In this document: positions 1 through 8,674 of the stretch, piece after piece | How the letters are laid out: each line of letters starts with the position of its first letter | Position numbering within the stretch: position 1 is the first letter of the stretch | IMG/VR virus record: IMGVR_UViG_3300046506_000102 | Reading direction: 5' to 3' (one strand) | Length of the DNA: 20,000 bases | Origin: an uncultured virus (IMG/VR IMGVR_UViG_3300046506_000102) | Taxonomy: Duplodnaviria > Heunggongvirae > Uroviricota > Caudoviricetes | Position numbers and translations under genes: made by a program | Notes under the pieces: generated by a model | Databases searched by the model: none | The model's input: the letters and a program-made list of their open reading frames with translations, nothing else | What the model was told of the DNA's origin: nothing

Positions 1-1134
1 GTCCAAGCCAGCAACCCAATTATCACCGATCAGGTAATCAGGAATACCGGTGATGATTGAACCGTCTTTGAACTGCCAACGTATCTTTAGATGCGCGTCA
101 ACCGCCGCAGCAATCCATTCATATGGAATGATCGTATTCGAAACCGCAGCACTATAGTTACGGTCAACCTCTTGCGCGAATAGATGCTGCAACCCTTCGC
201 GTTCGGCCTTGGCTTTACGCTGTGCGTACCAAGCCGGGGTCTTCTCCGGATGATCCTTATAATCAAAGATGAAAACGCGCGTATGGCCCGGTTGCAGGTT
301 GATCGCACCCGGACGCCAGTCAATGCCCGCCTCGCGCCGACGATGGAAGACGTTGCCCAAACCGTTGACGGAGGAAATATCAATCTGAACGTTGGTGTTA
401 TCCTCTAGCGCGGCCTGCACCATTTCCGGATGCGTATAATGGGCGCTTTCGTCTTTGAAATAGACGCGCGTTCGCCCGCCTCGCCCGATGCTATCGCCAA
501 TTTCACCCGATATCACCGAACCGTTTTCCGGGTTGATCATCTTCATAAACGTCAGATGATCGCGGACGCTTAGGCCCTTCGGTTTCCAAATGTCGGGCAA
601 ACGACGAACAAGCAACCGCATCTTTTCGAAGATGGATGATGGATCGCCGATCTTATCGACCAACTCTTGCTTGCGACTTCCCCAACCAATCGAGTCATTC
701 GGGATGAACAACCACGAATGAACGCTATAACCGCAACACGCCCATGTTGCGCCCATGTCGCGGCACTTCTCAGTTAGACCGCTTTCAGCATCGCGCGTGC
801 ATTCTTGCAGGAAGTCAATGAACTCGGCTTGCCGCTTGAAGAAAACAAACGGTATCCACTTTGAACCTTTGCGACGCGGGTCATAAGTATCCATCCAATG
901 CATGATGAATTCTTTGGGCCGCTTGCGATAATACGCCTTCGCACTCGCGAGCAATGCGGGGTTCGATCGCAACTTGTGCAATTGCTGCAAACGCCACGCA
1001 TAAACAGCCTTGTAATTCGGGGGCCATTGTTCACGCGTCAAAAATTCCGGTTTCCACGGCTTAACGCTATCGGATAGCCCGAAAGCGCGCCAACCGATCA
1101 CGTCCGCGTTTGGCGTGGAATAGCTCTTGACCAT
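1..1134 (-). CDS. terL: Phage terminase large subunit, N-terminal part; gene continues past the left window edge
   Basis: Manual translation of the minus frame 1134->1 is open throughout: ...MDTYDPRRKGSKWIPFVFFKRQAEF...EKCRDMGATW (Walker A-like)...GWGSRKQELVDKIGDPSSIFEK...GEIGDSIGRGGRTRVYFKDESAH (Walker B)...ISSVNGLGNVFH...WYAQRKAKAEREGLQHLFAQEVDRNY...WVAGLD (start of nuclease domain). Start uncertain: ATG 1146, ATG 1134 or GTG 1101; in-frame TAG at 1165-1167. Confidence 0.93.
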   Translation of the reverse strand, partial: MVKSYSTPNADVIGWRAFGLSDSVKPWKPEFLTREQWPPNYKAVYAWRLQQLHKLRSNPALLASAKAYYRKRPKEFIMHWMDTYDPRRKGSKWIPFVFFKRQAEFIDFLQECTRDAESGLTEKCRDMGATWACCGYSVHSWLFIPNDSIGWGSRKQELVDKIGDPSSIFEKMRLLVRRLPDIWKPKGLSVRDHLTFMKMINPENGSVISGEIGDSIGRGGRTRVYFKDESAHYTHPEMVQAALEDNTNVQIDISSVNGLGNVFHRRREAGIDWRPGAINLQPGHTRVFIFDYKDHPEKTPAWYAQRKAKAEREGLQHLFAQEVDRNYSAAVSNTIIPYEWIAAAVDAHLKIRWQFKDGSIITGIPDYLIGDNWVAGLD

Positions 1135-1155
1135 CGCAATATTCATCGCTATTCC
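1127..1155 (+). promoter_or_regulatory. Repeated sigma70-type promoter, copy 1
   Basis: TTGACC-atcgcaatattcatcgc (17 nt)-TATTCC; divergent from terL and overlapping its possible start codons. Confidence 0.75.
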
Positions 1156-1252
1156 AAATACAACCTAGATGGTCCTAGTTCGGGTTTAGTGCTTCGTTTC
1201 CATCTTATCATACTTTCCGCCTACTTTCCACAAGGCCGGGGGATATCTCGCC

Positions 1253-1510
1253 ATGCGCAAGACAAGCAAATATTATGGTCTCGACTACTTTGTGCAGTGC
1301 TGTTGGCCCGGAAAGCACCATTTCGAGACCATCGCGGCGCTTGGCTTCAGTTCAGTCGCAATCGACTATGCCAAGGAAGTCTTGGCCCGACAGTGCGTGC
1401 CCGGCTTTCGTTACCGCGTGGTGCATCACAAAAACAATGAACCGACGTGCGTTTGGCGTAGTTATGAAGACGCAAAAGAAAAATCGACCGAAGCAACAAT
1501 CAGCGCTTGA
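1253..1510 (+). CDS. Hypothetical phage protein (85 aa)
   Basis: ATG preceded by GGGGG; lies downstream of promoter copy 1; stop overlaps the -35 of copy 2. Confidence 0.65.
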   Translation: MRKTSKYYGLDYFVQCCWPGKHHFETIAALGFSSVAIDYAKEVLARQCVPGFRYRVVHHKNNEPTCVWRSYEDAKEKSTEATISA

Positions 1511-1535
1511 CCATCGCAATTTTCATCGCTATCAA
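1507..1535 (+). promoter_or_regulatory. Repeated sigma70-type promoter, copy 2
   Basis: TTGACC-atcgcaattttcatcgc (17)-TATCAA. Confidence 0.8.
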
Positions 1536-1581
1536 TTACGTAATGGTTCACGGCAATTCCGCCCCAACCATCGGAGTTAAG

Positions 1582-1791
1582 ATGCATAACGAATTCGTCA
1601 CTTTCGCCGCCCGCTTCGGTGTCGCTGTTGCCGATGCTTACGTGCTGCCCGCTCTTTTCGAGCGTAGCGCGGAAATGGCGAAAATGCCGGTTCGTGCGCT
1701 GCTTTCGCAAGCAACGTATTCCAACAAGGCTTTGGGCGAATACCTCGCCAACGCTGCCCGCAAGGTCGCAACCGAAGATCGGAAAGGCTGA
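1582..1791 (+). CDS. Hypothetical phage protein (69 aa, MHNEFVTF...)
   Basis: GGAG RBS then ATG at 1582; the ORF-track start at 1507 is the TTG of the -35 box. Confidence 0.7.
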   Translation: MHNEFVTFAARFGVAVADAYVLPALFERSAEMAKMPVRALLSQATYSNKALGEYLANAARKVATEDRKG

Positions 1792-1794
1792 CCG

Positions 1795-2112
1795 ATGCTG
1801 TTGAACTGGCGAACCGTTACCCCGTCGAATGAACCGCGCCATATGGTGCGCGGTACGGAGTTGGAAAGCGCAATTCCGGACGGGTTTCGCTCGCGGTTCG
1901 CCGTTTACAGCATTCGAACGGTTGAACGTGATCTGTCATTCACGTTCGAACACGTGAACCAATACGATCGGCGCTATGTCGTCCGCGATGCCGAAACGGT
2001 TAGCGATGCCGACGTGAAAGACGGCAAGCGCCCTGCCATCATCGCGCAATTTGCGACCGAAATCGAGTTGTGCGCTTGGTTGGATCAGCAACCGAAGGCC
2101 AACGAACAATGA
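1795..2112 (+). CDS. Hypothetical phage protein (105 aa)
   Basis: Tightly packed operon; ATGA overlap with the next gene. Confidence 0.7.
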   Translation: MLLNWRTVTPSNEPRHMVRGTELESAIPDGFRSRFAVYSIRTVERDLSFTFEHVNQYDRRYVVRDAETVSDADVKDGKRPAIIAQFATEIELCAWLDQQPKANEQ

Positions 2113-2363
2113 AAGTCATCTATCAGGCATCAACCTACACACCGGAACTAGTGACCGGTCTTTATGTGCGGTGCCATGGGCGCAAAGGCGCGTACCTGTT
2201 CCGCGTGATCGAAGCTGCAAGCGGTCAAGCGCACCCGTTCAAGGGCAAGCCCGGCCACGGCAACACCCTGCGCGAGTATGATTGCGACGGATCGGGATTG
2301 CCGGTTGAATTGCGCGATCGGTGCATTGCGTCGAAGCGAACCGAGTTATGGAAATATCAATAA
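2109..2363 (+). CDS. Hypothetical phage protein (84 aa, MKVIYQ...)
   Basis: ATGA coupling at 2109-2112. Confidence 0.7.
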   Translation: MKVIYQASTYTPELVTGLYVRCHGRKGAYLFRVIEAASGQAHPFKGKPGHGNTLREYDCDGSGLPVELRDRCIASKRTELWKYQ

Positions 2364-2433
2364 CGCTGATATGCCCATCAGCGTTAGCCCGGTCAAAATT
2401 TGTTTTCCTCCAAGTTGCTCATTTTGACCGGGC
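2361..2433. repeat. Two adjacent inverted repeats in an intergenic gap
   Basis: TAACGCTGAT(2361-2370)/ATCAGCGTTA(2377-2386) and GCCCGGTCAAAAT(2387-2399)/ATTTTGACCGGGC(2421-2433). Confidence 0.8.
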
Positions 2434-2451
2434 AATGAATTTGAAGGTGAA

Positions 2452-2808
2452 ATGATGCTGCGCTTAAAAGACGAAACCACCGATCACGACACGTTGCATT
2501 TCGCCATTGAACGCGAGTGGAAGCGCGATCAAGTTCAGCGCGATTTCTGGCGCGATCACGGATGGGGCAAGTTCTATATTCCTCCGATCGGAGGGCTGAC
2601 CGCAACCGCTATCGGCCCGGCTAATATGACGCATGATGACATCGGCCCGCAGCCCTGCGCATTCGCTCGATACGATCGGGAAACCGGCTTTATCGTTGTT
2701 ACAACGCCGCTCGATACGTCTTACAAATGGATGATTCCGCTTCGCTTCAATCCGTGGGGTATGATCCGGACGCCGCTAATCAACCCCACAAATCGAGGGC
2801 GCTATTGA
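2452..2808 (+). CDS. Hypothetical phage protein (118 aa)
   Basis: GAAGGTG RBS; TGATG coupling to the next gene. Confidence 0.65.
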   Translation: MMLRLKDETTDHDTLHFAIEREWKRDQVQRDFWRDHGWGKFYIPPIGGLTATAIGPANMTHDDIGPQPCAFARYDRETGFIVVTTPLDTSYKWMIPLRFNPWGMIRTPLINPTNRGRY

Positions 2809-3209
2809 TGACCGATAAACCGCCCTACGCGCGCAACTGCGCTTTCAATCAGTGTATCCAGCCCGCTATTTGCGACGCATCGCAGGCTTGTATCTGGAAT
2901 GCGAGCGACGTGCCGATGATTGAGGGAACGGTGATCGCGAAGCAAAGCAACCCGCTTGACGACACGCCAAAAGCCACGCCTACTCGCGTCGCATACATCG
3001 TGTGGAATGCTGCGCGCACCGAGGGCTATATCACCTTTGACCAACAAGTGGCGTATGAAGCGCGCAAAGGTGCTGAAAGCAATTGCTTCGATGAAGACGG
3101 AACGCAAATGAAACTCGCGCAAGCGTTCTGCGAAATTTACAGCGGTCACGAAGACGCAACGAAACAGATTGTTGTAATCAGCGAGCCGCCAGCGTATCCG
3201 GGGGATTAG
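2808..3209 (+). CDS. Hypothetical phage protein (133 aa, Cys-rich N-terminus)
   Basis: TGATG overlap at 2806-2810 with GAGGG RBS; converges on 3206..3589. Confidence 0.65.
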   Translation: MTDKPPYARNCAFNQCIQPAICDASQACIWNASDVPMIEGTVIAKQSNPLDDTPKATPTRVAYIVWNAARTEGYITFDQQVAYEARKGAESNCFDEDGTQMKLAQAFCEIYSGHEDATKQIVVISEPPAYPGD

Positions 3210-3589
3210 GACGGGCGAGGAATAAGCCCTTCGTCATAGCAGTAAGCCTGCATCTGCGACGCAACGCCTTCAATCCCATCCTTGGCGACGAAGCCCGGAA
3301 CGTTAGCGACGAATTCGCACACCGGGCAACGCTCCGAACCGTCTTCTTTCGGCATCATCACAGCAAGCCCGCCGCATTCGAGCGCGCTGTTCATCCAATG
3401 CCAATTCATTGACATCAGCGGATCAAACGGCGCGGCCTTGTGCGGTTCGGGATCACCGTTCTTTGCGGCTTCCAACTGCGCAACTTCGTTCGCAATTGCC
3501 GTTGCACCATCCTTCGCGATCAGCAATGACATGCCTTTGTTGTCGATTGCTTCGCGCATCATCGCCCAATGGTCTTTGCACATTCGCAT
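3206..3589 (-). CDS. Hypothetical phage protein, possibly Zn-binding (CxxH, CPVC)
   Basis: AGGA RBS; directly follows the SGNH gene on the same strand. Confidence 0.75.
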   Translation of the reverse strand: MRMCKDHWAMMREAIDNKGMSLLIAKDGATAIANEVAQLEAAKNGDPEPHKAAPFDPLMSMNWHWMNSALECGGLAVMMPKEDGSERCPVCEFVANVPGFVAKDGIEGVASQMQAYCYDEGLIPRPS

Positions 3590-3613
3590 GGGTAATTCCT
3601 TGAAGGGGGCGGA

Positions 3614-5044
3614 CTAGACAATGATCGCAGGGTTGAACACGCCGCCCGTGTTGAATAGCATGTTCATGGGCGGGCACTCATGGATGCCGTCACTTGTCGG
3701 CGGGTTGCAGAACATCGTTGTTGCACTGCCGATGGTGTTCGTGAGAGCCATGTTATAGGTGCCCGTCCCGCCAGTACCGGTTCCAAAGGTTTGAATTTGC
3801 TGAGCCGCGAGCCCACCAACCTCACTGATTGCTGTGTTGGCCGTCAAAGCACCACTAGCAACCGCCGATACCGTCATAGTTTTGGTGGCAATAGTCGCGG
3901 TGAATTGCGATGTGATCGTATCGACACGCCACTTACCGCTGTTGCGTGTAATCTCTGCAACGTCCGCAAATTCAAGGAAGCCGGAGACCCCTGCAATACC
4001 ACCCGCCCTAAGTAAATCGTTATAGGCGGTGCGTTGAGCTTCCTTGGTTGAGACAGTTTGGTTAGCCGTCGTCGAAAATGCGTCGGTGGATGTAGTAACA
4101 GGCGTGAGCGTGCATAAAAACGCAGGCTTTCCCGCAAGGTACTGCATCCCTAGAATGCTCTGCGCGTCGGAAACGCTCTGTGCGGGCGTCCTTGCAGGGA
4201 AGTTGTTGATACCAAGCTCATAGACGATGTGCGAACACCACTGAGCAAGCTCACGCTGCTTCGTGCTCTGCGCGATATAGTTAGGTGTTGACTGAGAATG
4301 CACACCGTCGTTGATGTACGGGAAGTAAGGCCCGATCGATCTAGCCAACTGTCCGGTGTCGGTTGATGCATCGTTGAAGAAATCAAGCGCGCCTTCAACA
4401 CGACTATCACCAAGCAAGAAGATCGCGGGAGTATTCGACGGTCCAATAATAGCAGCGGGACAGAAACCAGCATCACCGACTGTATTAGTGCTGGTGATCG
4501 TGCCGCCCATGGTTTGGTCGGTAAGCCCGGATGCCGCCTGCTTGAAGCGCTCACCGTTGAGTTCATCGCGACCACCATTGTAGATGGAAGCAACACCCAA
4601 AGCAGCCGGGGAATTGTTCAAAAACCCTGCGGCTGATTGCCAGAAGATGCGCACAAAGAACGCCGCACCTGCGGGGATACTTACTGACATCATGTCAGAT
4701 ACGTTGTTCGTGTTGTCGGGCAATACACCCGTTGCTGAGCCGCCGAAGGTGATTTGCGTAAACGTACCGTTGTACTCAAACGCTGCTGTAACAGTCGCCG
4801 TTCCACCTAGAGCATGTTCAGCCAAATCTTGGTGCTTCACCCACCACGTAGGAATAACAATAGCGGCCCTAGTGATTGTCGTACGCGCAATGTGCCTAGA
4901 CCGCGACATGACTTGATTGGTCGCGCCGAATGTTGCCGTGTTGTTTGGATGGCGTGAACGTGTAGCCAACTGTCGAATTGGCTTGCTCGCTCCACCAATG
5001 GGATCGAAAACGCCACCAATTTTTTGCGATGGTGCGAGTTGCAT
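3614..5044 (-). CDS. SGNH/GDSL hydrolase domain protein, probably virion-associated (tailspike-type esterase)
   Basis: Block I IFLLGDSRVEG, block II NDG, block III ELGINN, block V DGIH; Gly/Thr/Ala-rich beta-type flanking regions. Confidence 0.8.
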   Translation of the reverse strand: MQLAPSQKIGGVFDPIGGASKPIRQLATRSRHPNNTATFGATNQVMSRSRHIARTTITRAAIVIPTWWVKHQDLAEHALGGTATVTAAFEYNGTFTQITFGGSATGVLPDNTNNVSDMMSVSIPAGAAFFVRIFWQSAAGFLNNSPAALGVASIYNGGRDELNGERFKQAASGLTDQTMGGTITSTNTVGDAGFCPAAIIGPSNTPAIFLLGDSRVEGALDFFNDASTDTGQLARSIGPYFPYINDGVHSQSTPNYIAQSTKQRELAQWCSHIVYELGINNFPARTPAQSVSDAQSILGMQYLAGKPAFLCTLTPVTTSTDAFSTTANQTVSTKEAQRTAYNDLLRAGGIAGVSGFLEFADVAEITRNSGKWRVDTITSQFTATIATKTMTVSAVASGALTANTAISEVGGLAAQQIQTFGTGTGGTGTYNMALTNTIGSATTMFCNPPTSDGIHECPPMNMLFNTGGVFNPAIIV

Positions 5045-5072
5045 ATTCTAATCCCACTATTGCGAATTGCGA

Positions 5073-5639
5073 TTAGGCGAAATCGCCGCCGACCTTGTAT
5101 TCGGCGGATGCACCGTCAGCATTTTTCAACACGACAAGTGATCCGGATTGATATTGCGATGATGTTGCGGCACCGCCCGCTCGTTTCGTTGCGCCTGTAT
5201 CTGATGCAAGCGTGATCGTTCCGGTTGACCATTGCGCAAAGCCGACGTTGAACCCTTCCATAAGGGTGTTCGGCACGGTGATCGTCACGTTGGCGCTATC
5301 GTCGCAACGGAAGATTTTTCCGTTATCTTCGTTTTTGAGCGCAAACGATCCGGTGAAACCTTCGATGTTTCCGACTTCGGTTGCAGCGCTAAAGCCCGGC
5401 TTGGCGATGGTGTAAGTGAGAAAATCGGCAGCGCTCGCTTCGATCGAATATTCGCGACTTGTCGGGAATGGGCCAAACTTTTTCGATTGCCCTGCTGCGA
5501 TGTTCGTAAGCTGATAGCCGGTAAGGTTGTTTCCGATTTTGCGAACAACACCGGTTGCGAGGTTCTTTGACAAAACCGTCAACGTATATCCAGCCTCCAA
5601 CACAATCTTTTGCGATGAATTTGCGTTGATATCGGGCAT
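5073..5639 (-). CDS. Putative virion accessory / fibre-like protein (188 aa)
   Basis: GGAG RBS and own promoter; the C-terminal segment (EDNGKIFRC...VTITVP...GFNVGFAQWSTGTIT...QYQS...GDF) resembles C-terminal modules of phage fibre proteins. Confidence 0.6.
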   Translation of the reverse strand: MPDINANSSQKIVLEAGYTLTVLSKNLATGVVRKIGNNLTGYQLTNIAAGQSKKFGPFPTSREYSIEASAADFLTYTIAKPGFSAATEVGNIEGFTGSFALKNEDNGKIFRCDDSANVTITVPNTLMEGFNVGFAQWSTGTITLASDTGATKRAGGAATSSQYQSGSLVVLKNADGASAEYKVGGDFA

Positions 5640-5677
5640 GGCTGAAATCTCCGAAAAAAACTTATCTTACCAACGCA

Positions 5678-5705
5678 CCTATCTGATTTATGCCATGTGG
5701 TCAAT
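5678..5705 (-). promoter_or_regulatory. Duplicated minus-strand promoter, copy A
   Basis: 28 bp identical to 8431-8458; minus strand reads TTGACC-acatggcataaatcaga (17)-TAGGTG. Confidence 0.75.
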
Positions 5706-5721
5706 TACGGATAATTCGCAA

Positions 5722-6108
5722 TCAACTTGTTTTTTCAACCGGACTTGGTGGAATAACGCTAAGATCGATTTCGCCGATGAAGCCGCCATGAATGAGCGTA
5801 TAGGCGATGCGACCATGCGGCTTTGCGCTGCTATCCGCCATGCGCAAGCAATTCCCGGTAACGCCAGAGATCGCGCCGCAAATCGCTTTCACCAATTCAT
5901 CGGACGTGCTGACGTTGTGTTCGCGCCACGCAACAGCAACTAGATCGATATCGCGCTTTAGCGATCCATGAACCGCAACCGCGTAGCCGTGATGACGTGC
6001 GGCAATCCTGATCGGCGGTAAGATCGCATCAAGCAACGAACGGCAAAATGCGCCCGTTGCTTCGCGGATCGCTTCCGTTTGATCGCGCTTCACGTCATCA
6101 TCAGCCAC
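5722..6108 (-). CDS. Small nucleotidyltransferase-fold-like phage protein (128 aa)
   Basis: GYAVAVHGSLKRDIDLVAV (hGS...DxD) plus a later IDLSV strand, Pol-beta NTase-like; GTG start. Confidence 0.6.
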   Translation of the reverse strand: MADDDVKRDQTEAIREATGAFCRSLLDAILPPIRIAARHHGYAVAVHGSLKRDIDLVAVAWREHNVSTSDELVKAICGAISGVTGNCLRMADSSAKPHGRIAYTLIHGGFIGEIDLSVIPPSPVEKTS

Positions 6109-6111
6109 GGG

Positions 6112-6204
6112 CTAACCCGTATTCCAGTGCTTTTGCAACCACTTCGCGAGCGCTGGCAGCACCATCAGAAACGCGACGATCAACACAATGATGATCAACG
6201 TCAT
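6112..6204 (-). CDS. Membrane micropeptide (30 aa, MTLIIIVLIVAFLMVLPALAKWLQKHWNTG)
   Basis: GGGGA RBS; fills the gap between neighbouring minus-strand genes; one hydrophobic helix. Confidence 0.55.
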   Translation of the reverse strand: MTLIIIVLIVAFLMVLPALAKWLQKHWNTG

Positions 6205-6224
6205 CGGGTTTTCCCCATATGATG

Positions 6225-6551
6225 CTAAGCGAGAACCGGCACGCGAGCAGAGGGATGGCCCGCGTCTTCGTGGAAGTCGCCATTTTTATCCACGAAACCA
6301 GAGATCAAATAAATGGCGATCACCTTTTCATCGAGATCGCTGTTATGATCTTCGACCCCACCATAAATATGGTAGTCGATACCCATAACCGTTTTATCGA
6401 ATTCGACATCATCGATCGTCACTTTCACCTGCTGCTTGGCGAAAAGCTCGTCAAGAGCATCTGACAATTTCTGCTGATCCACCTTGATAGGTTTGTCACC
6501 ATCGATGATGTTGTTAACGATCGCGATCGCTTGCGCTTTATCGAAAGACAT
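6225..6551 (-). CDS. Hypothetical acidic phage protein (108 aa, MSFDKAQ...)
   Basis: GAGGA RBS before ATG at 6551, just after the stop of 6563..7921. Confidence 0.7.
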   Translation of the reverse strand: MSFDKAQAIAIVNNIIDGDKPIKVDQQKLSDALDELFAKQQVKVTIDDVEFDKTVMGIDYHIYGGVEDHNSDLDEKVIAIYLISGFVDKNGDFHEDAGHPSARVPVLA

Positions 6552-6562
6552 TTCTAATCCTC

Positions 6563-7921
6563 TCAGAACGAATTGCGCTTGACGACTTGACACTGCTGCG
6601 CGCGAATTGTCGGAGCATTCGCACCGGACGCTTGCACAATGAAGCGATAGGAAATGAACGCACCCGCGCCTTTCGTTTGGATTTGATATGCAGGCGTGCG
6701 GAACGTGACGTAATAGCCTTCGGTTCCTAGTGCGATATTGTTCAAAGGGATCAAATCGCGCAGGATGAAAGTCGTGGTGCCGTCGTTGTACTGCAATTCG
6801 ATGTAGCAGCCCGCGATTGCAACACCAGCATCAATCACGGCAGCGCCAACACCTTCGATGATATCGCCGATGTTGATGTTACCGATTGCCGGGTCTTGTT
6901 GAAGACGAATAAGATCACCAGCCGCCGACATGGTACACGCCAAGACGCATTCCGATCCGGGCGCACCGTTGGCCGGAGCAGCATTGACCGACGCCGCAAC
7001 ACTCTGCGTTCCGCTGCCACCGGAACGAAGCGCCGTCCAGCTTCCGGGTGGCGTTCCCGTTGAACCCGCGCCGTTGGTGCCGCCAGTGGTGACGAATAGC
7101 GGATTGGCGAGCAGGTTACGCAACGAGATCGATGGAATTTCGGTAACATCAGAAGGCAGGAACGACACTGCGGGCCAATTCGCCTGAATATACGCCGCAC
7201 GGGCGACACTGAGATAATACGCACCCTTGTTGCTATCATGCGTGCCGCTACCAACACTTTCCTGCATGTAGCCGGATTTCATGCGGATGGTCGTCGTGGT
7301 CGATGCGGTCGGATCGTGCGACGCGGCCCAATCATCGATCAAGTTGACGCGTGCATCGCCCTCATACGCATCGCGACACAGACGATTATACTCAATGCCC
7401 GTCGCGATTTGTGCCGCAGTGTAGTTCTCTGCGCAGCGATCTAGATTGAGCGAGACGACTTGACCACCCATGCGGAAAAAGCGATCGATCGCGTATTGAG
7501 CGAAAGAAAACTCAACCGCTGCGACGTTGGCAAGGGTCACAGCAACGCCTTGGTTTGGAAGCGCGGGCCAACGGCTAGGCCAACCCGACTGCACCACCGT
7601 TGTATAGCCTGCAACGGCAGGACCGGGGGCGTTGACGAAACATTCCAATATCATATGGCCGGGTTTCAACGCGAGCAGCGTCGGCAACCGCGCAATCATC
7701 TGGTCGCCGCGCTCACCGCTCACACCGCCGTTGTATATGAACTTGAGCCTATGTCCGCTGCGTGCATTCGCAAACGTCCACGTATTGTAGCCGCTAACAG
7801 TCGTTGGCACCAACGCGCCAGCCGTTACCGTTTGGCTGGAATACATCTGCGCCATGCGACTATTACCAAGCGTGGCAGTCCTAGACCGTGCCCAAGCCGC
7901 ATCGAAAGTGTTGACGTTCAT
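6563..7921 (-). CDS. SGNH-like hydrolase with C-terminal beta-sandwich/carbohydrate-binding-like region, probably virion-associated
   Basis: Block I ATLGNSRM (GNS variant), block II GGVSGERGDQM, block III ECFVNA, block V SGTH; C-terminal region begins NLLANPLF...PPGSW. Confidence 0.7.
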   Translation of the reverse strand: MNVNTFDAAWARSRTATLGNSRMAQMYSSQTVTAGALVPTTVSGYNTWTFANARSGHRLKFIYNGGVSGERGDQMIARLPTLLALKPGHMILECFVNAPGPAVAGYTTVVQSGWPSRWPALPNQGVAVTLANVAAVEFSFAQYAIDRFFRMGGQVVSLNLDRCAENYTAAQIATGIEYNRLCRDAYEGDARVNLIDDWAASHDPTASTTTTIRMKSGYMQESVGSGTHDSNKGAYYLSVARAAYIQANWPAVSFLPSDVTEIPSISLRNLLANPLFVTTGGTNGAGSTGTPPGSWTALRSGGSGTQSVAASVNAAPANGAPGSECVLACTMSAAGDLIRLQQDPAIGNINIGDIIEGVGAAVIDAGVAIAGCYIELQYNDGTTTFILRDLIPLNNIALGTEGYYVTFRTPAYQIQTKGAGAFISYRFIVQASGANAPTIRAQQCQVVKRNSF

Positions 7922-7922
7922 T

Positions 7923-8105
7923 TCAACTTGTTCCTACAGCTATGGTGATACGTTGTTCATCACCGTTGATGTCGGTGACTGTCTCAAATTGCTCAACACC
8001 ATCGATATCGGTGACAGTCACGAACTGTTGGCCGGATGGGGGATTATTCGTTCCACCGATTGGAGCGGTCACGCTGCTGATATCGAGGCCAATCCCGATC
8101 CGCAT
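7923..8105 (-). CDS. Small protein (60 aa) with MRIGIGL N-terminus and an internal 12-aa tandem repeat
   Basis: QFVTVTDIDGVE/QFETVTDINGDE repeat; packed between neighbouring genes. Confidence 0.7.
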   Translation of the reverse strand: MRIGIGLDISSVTAPIGGTNNPPSGQQFVTVTDIDGVEQFETVTDINGDEQRITIAVGTS

Positions 8106-8110
8106 TGCGA

Positions 8111-8398
8111 TTAACTCGCGGCTTTGATGTTGATCACCGCGCCACGCTTGGCAAAGATCGGGTAGGAAACGCCACCGCTCGGAATGGGAATGCCGTTGAC
8201 GTTTGCGTCCGGTGCGCCGAGATCAACCGCAGCGAGTATCATTCCGCTTTCGGTGTTTCCGATGATGATAAATTCGTTGTCGGATACCTGATCGGTGCTT
8301 GTCGCGCCGACTGCGAGCGATACGGTTTTCCGAACCTGATGAATTCCGGACGCTGAACCGGATGCTTTCGGAGTGCAGAAAGACACATAGGCGGGCAT
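8111..8398 (-). CDS. Small beta-rich hypothetical protein, possibly virion-associated (95 aa)
   Basis: GGAG RBS; first gene after duplicated promoter copy B. Confidence 0.7.
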   Translation of the reverse strand: MPAYVSFCTPKASGSASGIHQVRKTVSLAVGATSTDQVSDNEFIIIGNTESGMILAAVDLGAPDANVNGIPIPSGGVSYPIFAKRGAVINIKAAS

Positions 8399-8430
8399 GG
8401 CAAATCTCCGAAAGGTGGCTACCCTTCGCG

Positions 8431-8458
8431 CCTATCTGATTTATGCCATGTGGTCAAT
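8431..8458 (-). promoter_or_regulatory. Duplicated minus-strand promoter, copy B
   Basis: Identical 28-mer to 5678-5705; both copies are followed by the same TTTCGGAGATTT RBS segment. Confidence 0.75.
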
Positions 8459-8474
8459 CACGAACGGTTGCCAA

Positions 8475-8672
8475 TTAACCGTTTTCGCTATCAACGCTCA
8501 TAACGCCGACTAAGACGCTATAGCGCACACCATCCATTTCGAAATTCCATGATGCTTTCGTGCTCGGTGCCATCTGATGAATTTTGCGAACACGATCGGC
8601 CATTTCCACAATCTTGAAACCGATTTGCGCAGCATCATCGATCGCTAGCAACGTCGCATCTTGATCAGCCAT
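8475..8672 (-). CDS. Hypothetical phage protein (65 aa)
   Basis: Starts 2 nt after the terS stop with a GGGGG RBS. Confidence 0.7.
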   Translation of the reverse strand: MADQDATLLAIDDAAQIGFKIVEMADRVRKIHQMAPSTKASWNFEMDGVRYSVLVGVMSVDSENG

Positions 8673-8674
8673 CG

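Noticed and set aside
87..1034. ORF-track calls 87..383, 184..408 and 774..1034
   Set aside because: Shadows of the terL reading frame, which the track missed because it has no stop in the window.
2614..2624. GGCCCGGCTAA inside 2452..2808 as a hairpin-family member
   Set aside because: No complementary 3' arm and it lies in coding sequence.
6101..6283. 60-aa ORF from the track
   Set aside because: Overlaps 6225..6551 by 59 nt; the 30-aa ORF 6112..6204 has a better RBS and fit.
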